This document shows positions 46,655 to 59,100 of a DNA stretch of 64,000 bases, piece by piece. The stretch comes from Balanoglossus misakiensis (lineage: Eukaryota > Animalia > Hemichordata). Both the position numbers and the translations under genes were made by a program. The notes under the pieces were generated by a model. That model was not told the origin of the DNA. It saw only the letters and a list, made by a program, of their open reading frames with translations, and searched no databases. The DNA lies in NCBI GenBank assembly GCA_040954595.2, contig CM082598.2:806001-870000 (forward strand). The letters run 5' to 3'. Position 1 is the first letter of the stretch, and each line of letters opens with the position of its first letter.

Positions 46655-49600
46655 CTCTTTGCTACAACCTGCCATCTCCAGGAAATGACGGTAAGTGGTT
46701 TGCGAGTGGCCATCAGCATGTGTGTGTGTAATCAGATTAGTTGTGTACACTCTGTTGTTATCTTGCAATGGTGAAGTGCAGTGTCCACCCTTTGTTTCCA
46801 AATTTGTGTTCCCCTTGTGTTCATTGTACATGTTCTGTGTATTGCCCTCTTGTGTGTCTTAAACTTATTCCATTTGTCAAATTTGTGTTGTCACTTGTTG
46901 GCATGGCTACACAGGCACTTGTATTTGTTTTAAGGTGACAGAATCATTGGGCCTGTGTTTCACTAATAAACTGTGCATTCTCAATTTATTTGTGGTATGC
47001 AAGATGTATCTGATACTTCACAGTAACATGTTTCCAAAGTTTGATGTTGATTCAGTGTGTAGCTTACGTTCTTACTGATTTAATGTTTGGTCCATGTTTA
47101 TACATGGCTTCTACACCATCTGTGATTGTTCCTTGTTCAGTGTGAGAGTTAAGTTATTTCATATGTGTGTGAGTGATCATTATGTCCAGAAAGTCATTCC
47201 ATGTGTGTGTCCGTGTGTGTGTGATCGTGTCCAGAAAGTCATTTCAGTCATCACTCCAGAAAGTTATACGTGCTTCCAGCGAGTTCAAACTTGCCATTCC
47301 TGTGCAGTCTCTCAGTGCATTACATTGTCATTGTAGCAAGTGCTCTTCTACTAACCTATAGCTGCGTTCCTTGAAATGAAAGCCAGTTTTCTCCTGTGCT
47401 CCTTCGGAATGCCAAGAGCAATTTCTGGAGAAGATTGGTTTTCTGCTTTGTTTTTTTTTTTGCTGTGTTGTCACTGTTGCATTTCTTTGTGTCTGTGCAC
47501 CTGTCACATGCAGTTCATTCTATTTCATATTTTCTCTTATTTTAATTTCATAGAGGTGTCTGTCTGACCTTGACCCCCGTTTCTTCTTTTTGTCATTTTA
47601 TAGATGAACCTGTGACCTTTGTATACCTGTTACTGTGACGTCTGCATTTGTTTGTGACACGTTGCCATGGCATCACCATCGTGACGTCACATCATATGTC
47701 GTGTCCGTCCTGCCCTGTAATGCTCCGTCACATTGTCTCAAAAATCTCACTGCAATGTACACAGAGTTTATTGGTTTATTCGTCTGAGTTTGTCAACAAT
47801 TGCTACAAGTTGACACTTTGAGTCAAGCTACCAGAATAGACTGGATACAAAAAAATGGAGTATCATTTGCATGAATTATTCTAGATCACAATTTACAGAG
47901 ACAGAAGATTTATATAACAGAAATGTTGTGTTTGTCATGTTTGCTTGAATTGTAAGGCTTTTGCAATGTTTATATGTATACTTGATCTAGATTCTGCCAC
48001 AAACCCAAGTCTGTTTATTAGTGTGCTTTACCAATGCATGTGTTAATGTCTGTCTTTAGATTTCTGCTAAAAAGCGTGTCTCACTTTTAAGGATAAACTA
48101 TTTTTTATAGAAGTATTTCAAATCAATTATGAAAACAGTATTTTTCTCGAGGAAAGAAATATTTTTTTGGAGTGAGACAGGTAAAGACTTCAGTGCGAAG
48201 TGTAGATGATTATTAAAGTGGGATGTTCTTAACTTGTTCTGTTTTGGGTTTTCATGTTTACTGCCTAAGATTTCAATGATGAAATATGTATTTGTTGTTG
48301 GATTTTACTCAAACATGAAAATTACATGTTCAAACTGCATTATTTATTCTAATTTATTTGCAAAAGAAATTCTACAAATTCATGCAAATGTGCTCCATAG
48401 CTGGACAACAGCACACAAAGAATTTATACATTTGCCAAGAGTTAGGTGTGTGCTGTTCAATTTTTGTTTTCAGATTGCAAAAGTCTCTAATTTGACGGAC
48501 TAAATACTAGTGTCGTAGTGTGAGTTCCGACTTTTTGTGTTTAAATATTGCTTAATCATGGAATGTTACAAACAATATCAAATTCTTATGTAGTTGATGT
48601 TTTCAATTTAGTGTTAATACATGGAATCTGAAACAGCATGTTGTTTATTTTTCGTGAATAATACTTGTTCACAAATTACAAAACAATGGCCTCACAAACT
48701 GTGGGCTTTGACTTATAAAGTACAGTTAGTTGAAATAAGGGTCGGTAGACTTAACATTGCAGATCAGTTACTTGTTGAGTTTGTAAAACCCTTCACTGAA
48801 AAGTCTCTGTTTTTCATTTGGAATGTTTCATTCAATACTGGTACAGTTTTCAGCTGTGTTGTTTTAGGGTAATACAAAATGTTTCAACTTTCATTTATTC
48901 TTCGAAGGGAGTGTGCAAAACTGAAAAGTGCGTCAGTATATTGTGTACTTAGATGATCATTACATATTCTCTTTATATGTGTTTAACTTTGTTTGATGTT
49001 TTTTTGCATGTATCTAGATTCAAGCAGAGAAAGCAGGTATAAGTCACATTTGAATATGAACACATTTCAGGCATTTTGTTTTCATCAAGTGAGACCTGCT
49101 TCGGCAAGTCTTCATATGTCTCTGCCGCTCAGTTTAATATGGTGTGGGTTTTGTTTGTATTTTACGTCTTTTGATTGTTGATAAGAGTTTTGGAGTATTT
49201 ACTTACACAAGTCTTTGTCTTAATAACACTTTAATAAGTGGATATGGCCACATTGTGATTGTAGATTAGTTTAAAATCCTGGTTCAATTATGTATGCATT
49301 AATGCACAAATTGCTCTGAGTTTCTTTTATTTCTCTCTTAAGTTGCACATGCTGTTGTAAGTTAAATCAACAAAATACCAACATCTGATATTAATGCATG
49401 ATTAGCAGGTGTTTCATATCTGAAATAGATATTTGTATGCTTTTTTTTTGTAATGTCTCGAGGATAAATGCAATCTTATATTTGCTTTGGTATGTTAGAT
49501 TGGTTTATCTACATGAAGAAAATAATCAGGTGATCTTTGAGTTAAGGTCAAAGGTCATTGTCAAAATGTACTGGGTGAAGGTCCATGTTACTTGGGCATG

Positions 49601-52600
49601 CAATGTTGTGGCCATTTTTTTGTTGGTATTCGTTGTTGTTATTAAATCTTATCTTTGTCTTCAGTTATCCCATGTTTGTCTCGTCTTTTATGTATCTATG
49701 TGTGTATGTATGTATGTGTGTGTGTGTGTGTGTGTGTGTGCGTATGTATATGTGTGTATGTACATATTCTTTCACTACCTCTCTCCATGTCCAACATCTC
49801 GGGCATCAGGGTTCTGAAGAAGGAAGACAAGAAATGGAACATTTACAGGCCACAATTCTCAACTTCCACTAAAAGCTAAAAAAATCTAAGTACAGAAATG
49901 AGGGCTTGAAGATTTCGTCGTCAACTGGCCCTTGATGGACTAGAAAATAACATATCAGATGATAAATTTACAAATTCGTCAACACAATGCAGACTTCCTT
50001 TCAAGTGTCTCTTGCCAAACTTAACTGTCAGTACTTAAAAAAAATGTTAGTTAAAACACCCTGTCTGTTTCATTAACACAGTCATCATCTATCCCTAGAA
50101 CATTTCATCTGTTCAGTTGTTTTGTCGCGTCCTGTCCAAGTGTGACTACAGTTTAACTGTCGTGTTTGTTCCTGCCTGCATCTTTGCTGCTACATTGGTG
50201 TGCAAGAAATATTTTTAAAAATTCTCGTGTAAGTTTTAAGGCACAGAATGTTACAGCTGATAAATTATACAAAACATTTAGTTTTGTCGAATCTAGCATG
50301 AATTCTACATGTGTGTGACAATGTGTTTTTGGGCTTGTATAGTATATCTACTTAAAACTGCCTTTAGATTGTTCAATAAATTAACTGTGCTTTTCTAAAA
50401 GTTGGAAGTATTTTTTGTTAGAATGTATATAATCCCAGAAAATGCATTTGTGAAGATAATTGGTCATTTGCCGAGTATGTCACTGGAGTGAACTCTGAAT
50501 CTGCACTGAGAAAATCTGAAATCCTGCTGTGAATATTTTTTTTAAATTAAGTAGTAGTAATTATGATTTTCAAATTCGCATACAACATAATCTGTCGTTT
50601 ACAGAATGTTCTTAAAGGAGTGCAAGATTGGTGAGGAAATCCTATATTTATCACGTTAACCCATTTGCTTGTAGATCAGGCAAATAACCTGTTGTGCTTT
50701 AACAAGTCCCAGGGTGACATTTACTGACTATAAGGAGTTTGCACTGTGACGTGTAGGTGCCAAAGGCCTTATTTTAATATCAGATACATTTCCCAGTTAG
50801 TATCTCACATATCCATCACCATTACTCAGATTTGCCAAAACCAGTTTCTTCGTCAGTTGCAAGGATTCAACATCCTTGCCTACAAATGTTGTTGCTGAGA
50901 TTCAGATTGTCTCAGATACTGAACGATCTTTATTTCGGTTCGACAAGAGCCACAAGCCTCTGAATTTACACCAGGACAGTTAGTTGCCATCTACATATCA
51001 ATCAGTGATTCAATTGTTGAAGATTGCTCAGAGCAATTACTGGTTGATGGTTGTTCCAGTGAATACCTTTCAAATTCATACAAGAAGACACTGCAATTGC
51101 ATCTTTACGTAAGTATAAAACACAAACAACATGGCCACTTCTATGACTTGTTTGCTGCAAAGTAGGTATTTAATGGGTGACGATAGCCTGCTGCACAATG
51201 CCTGGAAAATCCTCAGTTCAAACCTCACCCAGCCAAAAGGAGGACATATAAAAATGCCGCCAAACACTGCCAAGTGAATTTATTTATTTTTTGGTCTTTC
51301 AATAGATTATTAGAGGAAACCAAAGATATAGGGGTGCTGCAATGCAACTTTTCTCTCAGCATCAAACTTCAAATATTGAGGATAAGATTTCTCTATCACA
51401 GTGTACTTAAAAGTATTAAAAGGGAAAAGTTGCTATCTAGTGACAATGTTTCTGGTATTTAAATTATTCATGTCTTTGTAATGAAATGTTGCATTTATCA
51501 GAACTTGTGAACACACTATTGGCACCCCTCCCCCTGCATGTGGTCAGATGGTACTTGTCCAGGGGAATACTGTCCGGACTCCATTGCACAATGCAGACTG
51601 TATACATGTGTAAATGAAACACCTCACATCAAATGGAGGTTAATTGTGAATCAGTTATCCAAGTGGCTTTGTCACTTAATTTAAGCAAAAGGTCTTTACA
51701 GAACTCGGTTTCATTATTTTACAGAATGGAAATTTTCACTTGAAGCATATCAGAAGCCTTTGAAAGGCTTGATTTTACACTGAGTGTTTGTATAACATGT
51801 AGAAAAGATACTGAATTGTAGAAAAGATTATTGGTACATATCTCACATTGTTTTTTAGATTTCAGATGTAAAATATGTATTGTTGATATTGGATTGCATA
51901 TTTTGTTAAGACTTGAAAACTCACAAAAATGGTAAAAAAATTAAAGAGTAAATGGTATATTTTTGATGTTCTGTTATTGTTGCATGTTTGCTTGCTTTCA
52001 TGTACAGCTCAAAAGCAATGTTTTCCCTGTACTGCATTTTTCTGTGGTTGTATTCAATTTTCCATCATTACCGACTTCAAACCAGTATTATCTGTGTGGG
52101 AATTCTCGGTAGTCCTTTATTTGGCAAGTAGTGTCTGAAAATTTATTAATTTTGCTGTGTGTGTTATGGTCTTTGTATATTTGTTGCAGAGTGAAAATAA
52201 AACAAGAGACATGCGAAAATGTGTCCTGTTTCTTTACTGACAATATTTCAGATGAGCTGTTCTTGAGAATGACTACCATTGTTTGGATTTCAAATCCAGA
52301 TGTCCAGGACAAGACAGCCACGTATGTTAACTCGTGTACATTTGTGTATGTTAGTAAAAATGGGGGTACCACCCTAAACTGATATATTGTAAATAGTCTG
52401 TCGAATCTATTTTAGTGGACATATGATTTGTTTATGAGTGACACAGGGACGGCAATTCAGTTTTGATCTATTTATGAACACTGAGAAAACATGACTAAAA
52501 TACCTGAAACTTGTAAGCTGTATGCCTAGTTTGTTTTTTGCAAACATCTGTTTGAATCCAAACACGAAATTTAGATTAAGTGAACTGATCGTAAAACTGT
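46655..52600 (+). other. Probable CELF 3' UTR region, with an intron starting at 46691
   Basis: ACG|GTAAGT donor 36 nt after the stop; U/UG-rich non-coding sequence; AATAAA at ~50375 and ~52196. Extent inferred. Confidence 0.5.
49695..49760. repeat. (TG)n/(TATG)n microsatellite
   Basis: Directly visible. Confidence 0.9.
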
Positions 52601-52851
52601 GATACTTTATTCCTGCTTCATGTTACTGTGGATAAATTTCTGCAAATGTTGGCAAGTTTTAGTCAGTCAGTCATCAGTTATTCAAAAAGATAATCACAAA
52701 GGCAGACAGAGAAGCCAAAATGAAGCATTGCGTTTACACTTTATTCCCAATAAGTGTTAGGCACCAAATAACAATAAGCAAGTTGCATGCGCGCATCTAA
52801 CTCTAATCTTGCCTATACAGACAGCTGATTGAATAGATCCATTTCTGTAAT

Positions 52852-54437
52852 CTATTTAGCCATAACCTCGACTTCGCACATATGCAGCTGTTGTTCTCTA
52901 TCAATGAGTTGAATACTGACGTATCTTCCGTTCATACCGGCTTCACATCCACATCTGACGTGTATAGGCTGTGATTTGGCCATCCTTCCCAGAATCATAC
53001 TTCCACAGACAGGATTTTCGAGGAAGTTCTCACTGTTACCAACACGTATCTCTGCATTCTTGATGCGGAAAGCTACAGAGAAAAGGCAAATAAGTGTTTA
53101 TACTGATTTTCCGCTACGTCGTTTAAACTTCTAATATGAGGCTAGGATAGATTTCGTGTTACATATTTTCCTGGTTGGTCTTTGAAATTTCATGTGAGAG
53201 GATCGACGTTTTTCGATAGTACTACCACAGCAATATGGCTCTTTTACATTCACAAAGCATATAATATGTTAATACTTACGACAACAGTCTTCCCTGTTGG
53301 TGATGTCTAGGTAGTAGACGTCAAAAGACTGTCCCAAATCCACCTTCCACCATGGTTGGAATTCTTTGTTCGTCCAGGAACACGCCCCGGATGTAGCATC
53401 GCTGTTATAATCTCCATCCACAGCATTGGAAGCCGCAGAATCCTTCTTTGGTTTGTCGGAACTTTGAGAGGCTGTTTTTCCCGCCGCTACATTGGTAAGA
53501 CCAGGTGGGTACTCACAAGCTGTACCATGTGAGGAAAAATGTCAATTAATATTGATTTCTTACTTTAATCGCGACGTATGTTCATCCATCATTCCAAAAT
53601 CATTTGGTATCAAATCATATAACAGTAAATATACTTACGTGGCAGTGTAGGAATGTAAGTGGCTGAGTGAAGGCAAAATAATAATATACACATGTTTAAT
53701 TATAGGTTGATTATCTTATGTGTGTATCATATGTGGAAAATCATCTTGACAACGTTCATAAAGTTACTTTAAATTAATGGACAGTTTGAAAGTTAAAAGG
53801 AAGCAAGACGTTCTAATGTTGAAACATAGACACTACTCCCATTGAATAATGTACTTACTCAGTCCTTCTGGTGCTAGAGAAAATAAAATAAAAAAATCAT
53901 TTAACAAACTTCAATCCCTTTAATTTAAATATTTCAACATTGTTAACCGTACTTAACAATAGGAAACTTTCGAATTTTAGAGAGTAGTAACAGTGTAGAA
54001 AATGGGCAATTATTTACCTTCGGTTGGTGGTGGCGGTGGTGCTTCAGTTGGTGGTGCTTCGGTTGGTGGTGCTTCAGTCGGTGGTGCTTCGGTTGGTGGT
54101 GCTTCGGTTGGTGGTGCTTCAGTTGGTGGTGCTTCGGTTGGTGGTGCTTCAGTTGGTGGTGGTGGTGGTGCTTCAGTTGGTGGTGGTGGTGGTGGTGGTG
54201 GTGGTCGGCCCATACATTGACCATTGACAACTGTGACGACATTAAACACTGTAAGTACACTAGCCTCTTGGGTGAAAACGCAATGGTGGAAAGTACAAAA
54301 GAATTTCAACAAATCCCTACTTCAAGGAATGAGGGATCCAAAACATCAAACACAGTTGCTAATAGAAAGAAAAAATAAAACTTACCAGTCAAGGAAATTA
54401 AACACACAGCAGCAAAAAGAATGTAGGATGATCCCAT
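52852..54437 (-). CDS. Secreted F-type lectin (fucolectin/FTP domain) with a proline-rich PTEAP stalk, ~254 aa
   Basis: Phase-1 exons 54437-54386 (signal peptide), 54230-54018 (PTEAP repeats; acceptor choice inferred), 53873-53859, 53662-53639, 53519-53280, 53072-52852. FTP motifs NVAAGKTASQSS, ASNAVDG, PWWKVDLG, ITNREDCC, GRYVSI and LHMCEVEV. Confidence 0.9.
54018..54205 (-). repeat. Coding 15-bp tandem repeat plus (CCA)n, encoding ~10 PTE(AP) units and poly-Pro
   Basis: GGTGGTGCTTC(A/G)GTT units on the + strand. Confidence 0.92.
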
Positions 54438-55539
54438 TGTGCTCGGTGAAGTTATTCGTTACAACACTGTGACACAGGAAGACTGAATAGACCTGGCCAT
54501 GATGACGCATTTTAAAGGTGTTTCCATATATACAAAGCTCATGTGGTAAGAATCGATTGGACAGTATTTACTGATCGCTCACCTGGTGATTGATGTCCTG
54601 TGATCTTGAAAAGCGCATGCGTGGCAAGATCGCTGCAACAATATTGCGCATTTTGTTCAGCGGATAGATAATAGGCAGAAAACATTAAAAATGAGGAAAA
54701 ATAAAGAATTATGTCAAAAAATGTGTGTTGTTGGCAAATCCTCTGTTTTCATCTCGGTGAGATGTTTTCATTCAAGAAAGAGACAAACATAATACAATTT
54801 GTCGCGGAGCATACTTCATCATTCTCTTTTCCACTTTTACTACAGTTCGGTTAGTTTACTAGTAAATCAAACAGGTGGTGGATGTCCAGTGCGTGAATGC
54901 GCAGTTCTAGGCCGGACAAGCTGAACCCCAGAGGGACAGTTACAGAGTCCAGGTATTTGAGATCAAAGTTGTTTTAGAGATAGGCTACAGTCTGTAGAAA
55001 TATTAGAAACATAGATACATATGAGATATCTATCTGGAAATTCTGTTATTTATTATGGCATGATTCCTTTTTTACAAACATGTCAAACTTTTTCTATTTC
55101 GAGGTTCATGATTTATAAAGTCTCGAAATTACCGTCTGTTGGAAGATATACAGGTACAAAAAGTACTCGACAGTATGTTTGGACAGGGCAAGAGGTATTT
55201 ATAAATTCTTTACTATCAATCACATGATCTGGCGTGTGACCCACGGCATTGACATTTCATGGTGAAGGGCAAACAATATTTCGGCACTCAGTAAAAGTTT
55301 TTTCCCCGAATCCGCCCCATGGCGTTTCGTCTGATCAGTCTTTGGCTGGTGATTGGTAGCTAGATTGTTTCTGTATAAGTGTGTATCTTTACTTTAATTG
55401 TGTAATGTGTTGCATCAGTGACTGTGTATGCAAATATGTAACGTGGATATGAAACCCACATGCAATCGACAGCAGCGTGTGTGACCATTTTAACCTTTGA
55501 CCTTGTATTTGTATTCTCGCTATGATTATCACGTGATAC

Positions 55540-55700
55540 CGTGTAACTCTATGTGCGGTATTGTACGAGATTTCACGACATTTCGCCACGTCGTTGTTGG
55601 GCTTCCGGGTAAGGCTTATATTTGTCGCCGAGATCGAGAAATCGGAAACACTGTTGTTATTCCGAAGTAGAGTTAAATAAAAACAGGTAGGTTATGCGGA
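55540..55700 (+). promoter_or_regulatory. Probable COPB1 promoter and non-coding first exon
   Basis: CpG-rich; ETS-like CTTCCGG at ~55602 followed by a GTAAGG donor; a second donor CAG|GTAGGT at ~55687. Confidence 0.45.
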
Positions 55701-56162
55701 AGTTCACCATTAATGGTCTGTAGTAGTTGGTTTTTGATCTGAAATTTGACGTTTGTTGGATCGATAGCTCGACAACTTACCTCGAAACATGGCCGCGGCC
55801 ATGTCACCATTACTACAGTTAGTGCACAGTGTATCATATGTGCATCTTGCGGCAGTGTAGTGTTGTAGCTCAAGATGTGGCTTGGTTTTTTGTGTGTGTA
55901 CGACAAGAGCTGGTGTCTGTCCACACACAAGATCAGAGAAAACCTCGATCTACAATATACTAAGTGTACAGCACGTCTGCAAGGGAAGTTGTGTACGGGT
56001 GTTTGTGTTGACTTGTAGATCTAGTGTAGTGTACTGAGTCACTCAGATCAGGGCGACCATGGTTTAACGCTGTGTGGAAGGGTTGTACTGTATTGTGTTA
56101 ATAGTTTTTATACAGACCATATGCACCGTTTACAGGTTCTGTTGCCATAGAAATCAACGAAG

Positions 56163-59100
56163 ATGAGCGTTGTAGAGAATGCGTGCTACACACTGATCAA
56201 TGCACCTAGTGATGCGGAACCACCAACAGAGATTCAGTTGAAACAAGATTTAGGTGAGGCCCATCTCTGAATGTTATTGAACTTGCTTTTAAATAGATAC
56301 AGCTACATGCTTGATGCACAGACAGTGTTAACTACAGATACAAACAATAGACCTTTTGTAAGTTCACAGAACTATTTATTGGGAAACAAAAGTAAACTCA
56401 GCATAACATATATTTCTGTTTGTTGTTTAGAACGAGGTGATGTCCGCACAAAGACAGAAACACTGAAGAAGGTGATTTATATGATTCTCAATGGAGACAA
56501 GATGCCATCTCTTCTGATGACCATCATCCGGTTTGTGTTACCGTTACAAGATCACACGATCAAGAAGTTACTTTTGATCTTCTGGGAGATTGTTCCGAAG
56601 ACACATCCAGATGGTAAACTGCTGCAGGAGATGATTTTGGTTTGTGATGCTTACAGAAAGGTGAGGAAGACTTAGAGTCTTTGTTGTCTGGCATACAAGG
56701 TTCTGGTCTCAAATCTTGGGTTGGAAAACACATTACTACCACAAAGAGAACAGCAATCTATATTATTATTCTTTCCATGATACAGGATCTGCAACATCCT
56801 AATGAGTTCATCCGTGGATCCACTCTGAGATTCCTGTGCAAACTGAAAGAACCGGAATTATTGGAACCACTGATGCCGGCTATCAGAGCTTGCCTGGAAC
56901 ATCGTCATAGTTACGTCAGAAGAAATGCAGTTCTGGCAATTTTCACCATTTTCAAGTAAGTCAGAAAATCATGTTTTTTCTCTATAGATGTGATGAAAAA
57001 CAAGACAGAATTTATGAAAATGATCGCCTGTACTAAGACAATGATGCCTCAACACTTTTCCATTTTTCAGGAATTTTGATTTTCTCATTCCGGATGCTCC
57101 GGAATTGATCCATAATTTCCTGGAACAAGAACAAGACGCATCCTGTAAAAGGAATGCATTCATGATGCTCATCCATGCAGATCAGGTAAGCACACAAAAT
57201 TAGGCATAATCATATTTTTGATTTTCCTGCTTTTCTCATTACGGAGCTCGCTGACTGGAATATAAACCCCTTGATGTCGCTAAATCTATTTCTGTCCCTT
57301 GAGACAGATGGCATTTTCCCATGATGCAATTTTGATTATTGTGTTTTGACAGTGCTTTTTCTTGTCACATGACAGGAACGTGCATTGGACTATCTTAGCA
57401 CCTGCATAGACCAAGTACATACATTCAATGACATTCTACAATTGGTGATAGTTGAACTGATCTACAAGGTGGGTGTATTATCAAAATATCTTTTGGAAAG
57501 TCTTGAAATCATGATTCATGAACTTCACAGAAATTGGACTGTTGTCATAATAATGATAATATTTCTCATCTTGTAGGTGTGTCATGCCAATCCTTCAGAG
57601 AGAGCTCGATTCATCCGGTGCATCTATAATCTGTTGAATTCTTCAAGTCCAGCTGTTAGATACGAAGCAGCTGGTACATTGGTGACACTATCCAGTGCCC
57701 CTACTGCAGTGAAGGTACAGTTTTATGATTTTAACATTAGACCACAATATGAGTGGATTATTTCCATGAAAAGAAGGAGAAGATACTCTGGTCAAGAGTG
57801 TAGAAAATAGATATTCATCAACTGTACGTTATCAGTTTTCCTGAAATATTCATGACTCTTTTCACAGGCTGCCGCAGCATGCTACATTGAACTAATCTTG
57901 AAAGAGAGTGACAACAATGTGAAGTTGATTGTGCTGGATCGATTGATTTCACTCAGAGATGTTCCCTCACATGAGAGAGTCTTGCAAGTAAGTTGATTCC
58001 ACTTGATTGATAGAGAGAAAGAGAGAGAGAACGAGAGAAAGAAAGAGAGAGAGAAGTAAGTACAGACTGTTTTGTCTGCGACTTCAACATCTTGACTGAT
58101 CTCGTGTTGAACGTGTCTTACAGGAACTTGTGATGGACATCCTACGTGTATTATCAGCGCCGGACTTAGAAGTGAGAAAGAAGACGTTACATCTTGCGTT
58201 GGAACTTGTGTCTTCAAGAAACATTGAAGAGGTGTGTAGTCATTGTTATCAGTTTGATGAACTTTTTGTTATTTCTTCATCCACGAAATCTTTCTGAATT
58301 ACTGTTCAATAATGAAAGTTTGTTTATAAATGTTTTTTTCCATGCATGTAGAGTAAACAGTTGTTAATCATTTTGTGAATTTGCAGATGGTGTTGTATCT
58401 GAAAAAGGAAGTCAGTAAAACACACAACACTGGTGAACATGAGGACACTGGGAAATATAGACAGGTAAAAATGGATGTTCTGCTAGTGTTTGAATTTGAA
58501 AACATTGCTGAGTTATGCAATTTTATTCATCACAAATTGAAAGATGACGTGGAAAAATAGGTGATTAACATTTGTAACGTGTAGTTGCTGGTCAACAAAT
58601 TGTAATACAGTTAAAGATCACAGGACCTGAAGTCTAATGTTTGTTTATTTGTTTGTTTGTTTTCAGTTATTGGTGAGGACTTTGCATTCATGCAGTGTGA
58701 AATTCCCTGACGTGGCCGGTACCATCATTCCAGTGGTAAGTTTATCATAATGTCTCTCATCTTTCTGTCATACATCCTGATAACAAAACCTACCTCAGTG
58801 AAGACGCATTCAGCTGTGGCTACCACATGTATATATGACAAGTAAATTGTATTTTCCATCTACTTCAAAAGTTTCTTTCCATATTGACACTTGTTTACTT
58901 CTTTTATCAGTTGATGGAATTCTTGAGCGACAAGAATGAGCTTGCTGCAGCCGACGTGCTTGTATTCGTGCGAGAAGCTATCCAACGATATGAACAATTA
59001 CGACCACTCATCTTGGGAAGATTACTGGAAGTGTTTCCACTCATCAAAGCTGTCAAGTAAGTTGTCAAACCTTCAGTTTGTTTTACTGAATATAAACGCT

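Noticed and set aside
54002-54220. Plus-strand GGASV-repeat ORF and minus-strand His-rich ORF (53943-54260)
   Set aside because: Shadow frames of the PTEAP repeat. Only the Pro-rich frame has matching splice sites and links the signal peptide to the lectin domain.
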